Source of the DNA: Desulfobacterales bacterium
GTDB lineage: Bacteria; Desulfobacterota; Desulfobacteria; Desulfobacterales; SURF-7
Direction of reading: 5' to 3'
DNA length: 64,000 nucleotides
Assembly (NCBI GenBank): GCA_018693105.1
Contig: JABHLN010000003.1
Span: forward strand, 4,782 to 68,781
Part shown: piece by piece, positions 62,832-64,000 of the stretch
Layout of the letters: every line of letters starts with the position of its first letter
Position numbering within the stretch: the first letter of the stretch is position 1
Notes under the pieces: generated by a model
What the model was told of the DNA's origin: nothing
Database searches by the model: none
What the model saw: the letters and a program-made list of their open reading frames with translations, nothing else
Made by a program: the position numbers and the translations under genes

Positions 62832-63608
62832 TTAAAGATTTAGACTGTTTGCATGTGCTCCGTCAACCAGGAATGTCTGCCCGTTAACAAAATCCGATGC
62901 ATCGGAAGCTAAAAATAAGGCTATGCCTTTAAAATCCTCCGGCAAGCCTAACCGTCCTGCCGGAATCTTTTTTGCTACCCTTGCCAGTGTTTCTTCATCT
63001 GCAGCATTTGACAGCATTTTAGTTAGGACAAAACCGGGTGCAATAGCATTAATATTTATTTTTTTCTTTGCTAAATCCACTGCCATGGCCATAGTTATGC
63101 CGGAAATAGCCTGCTTGGATGTACAATATGCCAGATGCCCAGGGGGAGGCACTAAACCTGCCATTGAGCCAACATTTATAATCTTTCCTCCTTTTCCCTG
63201 AGCAATAAACTGATTACTTGCCGCAACTGAAAGAAATACGATTACATTCTGATTAACGTCAGTGACTTTAGAATATTCATCAAAAGAAAAATTCTTATAA
63301 GGTGTTGTCTTGTGAACCCCGGCACAGTTTATTAAAATATTAATTTCACCAAACTCTTTAACTGCTTTTTCTATAATCCTGGACGCATTTTCAGCATCTC
63401 TCAAATCAGCCTGAATCGGAAAATATTTTTTTCCGGTTTTTTCTATCAGTACTCTTGTTTCTTCCGGAGAGGTCTTATTATATACTCCTGCAATATCCGC
63501 ACCTGCTTCAGCTAAACTTTCCGCCATTGCCTGACCAATTCCCGAAGCCGATCCTGTAACAACAGCTGTTTTTCCTTTTAGGTCGAACATTTCCATTACA
63601 TTTCTCAC
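62832..63608 (-). CDS. Short-chain dehydrogenase/reductase (KduD/FabG-like)
   Basis: TGSASGIG, INCAG, YCTSK, NAIAPG. Confidence 0.9.
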   Translation of the reverse strand: MRNVMEMFDLKGKTAVVTGSASGIGQAMAESLAEAGADIAGVYNKTSPEETRVLIEKTGKKYFPIQADLRDAENASRIIEKAVKEFGEINILINCAGVHKTTPYKNFSFDEYSKVTDVNQNVIVFLSVAASNQFIAQGKGGKIINVGSMAGLVPPPGHLAYCTSKQAISGITMAMAVDLAKKKININAIAPGFVLTKMLSNAADEETLARVAKKIPAGRLGLPEDFKGIALFLASDASDFVNGQTFLVDGAHANSLNL

Positions 63609-63647
63609 GACAACCTCCTTATTTAATCAGTCAGAGAGTGTTTCACC

Positions 63648-64000
63648 TTAATCATTCAGAAACCCTGCTTTTGCCTCCTCCCGGCCCTTTGCGACATCAA
63701 CTTTTATAAGCAGTAACGTGCCTATAATTACCATAAGCAACAAAGGCAGGATGGCTCCGGCCATGGAGTTAATAATAGGAATGGTTTCAAGGCGGGCTGC
63801 ATATAAAGCACCTGCACCAAAAAGAAAAGGTCCTACCAGAGAAGCTATTTTACCTACAATGGCATAGAGGCTGAAAAACTCGGCCGAATGCCCGTGTGGA
63901 ATCATCAGAGCATAGATAGTACGTGATGCAGACTGGGACACTCCAAGGATAAGACCGCCGATAAAGGCCATGACGTAAAATTCTGCCAGCTTATGCATCA
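63648..64000 (-). CDS. MFS transporter (UMF1/YxiO-like), C-terminal part; truncated by the window edge
   Basis: GVSQSASRT, AEFFSLYAIVGK..SLVGP. Confidence 0.8.
   Translation of the reverse strand, partial: MHKLAEFYVMAFIGGLILGVSQSASRTIYALMIPHGHSAEFFSLYAIVGKIASLVGPFLFGAGALYAARLETIPIINSMAGAILPLLLMVIIGTLLLIKVDVAKGREEAKAGFLND

Overview
AT-rich chromosomal window; the gene content points to a sulfate-reducing Desulfobacterota member, probably Desulfobacterales (inference). It is mostly housekeeping and envelope genes. These include a ~12-kb minus-strand run (lptD, NusG paralog, ihfB, holB, PSP1, kdnA, kdnB and a giant GlmS-like protein), surE, tmk and a cysteine synthase-CysRS fusion, a ferredoxin, a TetR/MMPL/LolA-like/outer-membrane lipid-transport module, rubrerythrin with a rubredoxin-fused glutamate synthase domain, a signalling cluster, sahR-ahcY, parE-parC, purN and tandem APH-like kinases. 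I found no rRNA, tRNA, CRISPR array or intact transposase. The most notable features are: (1) a duplication scar at 45050-46125 where the 5' end of parE is fused in frame to the 3' end of a histidine kinase at a 13-bp microhomology in the shared GHKL DNG motif, bracketing a VWA/FHA cargo island with an IS3 remnant; (2) a CysM-CysRS fusion whose CysRS half lacks KMSKS; (3) a 1260-aa GlmS with an internal catalytic Cys downstream of kdnAB; (4) several ~140-bp palindromic repeat families with different stem sequences but shared loop motifs; (5) an unannotated, highly structured ~230-nt intergenic element upstream of parE. All calls come from reading motifs by eye; no database searches were run.
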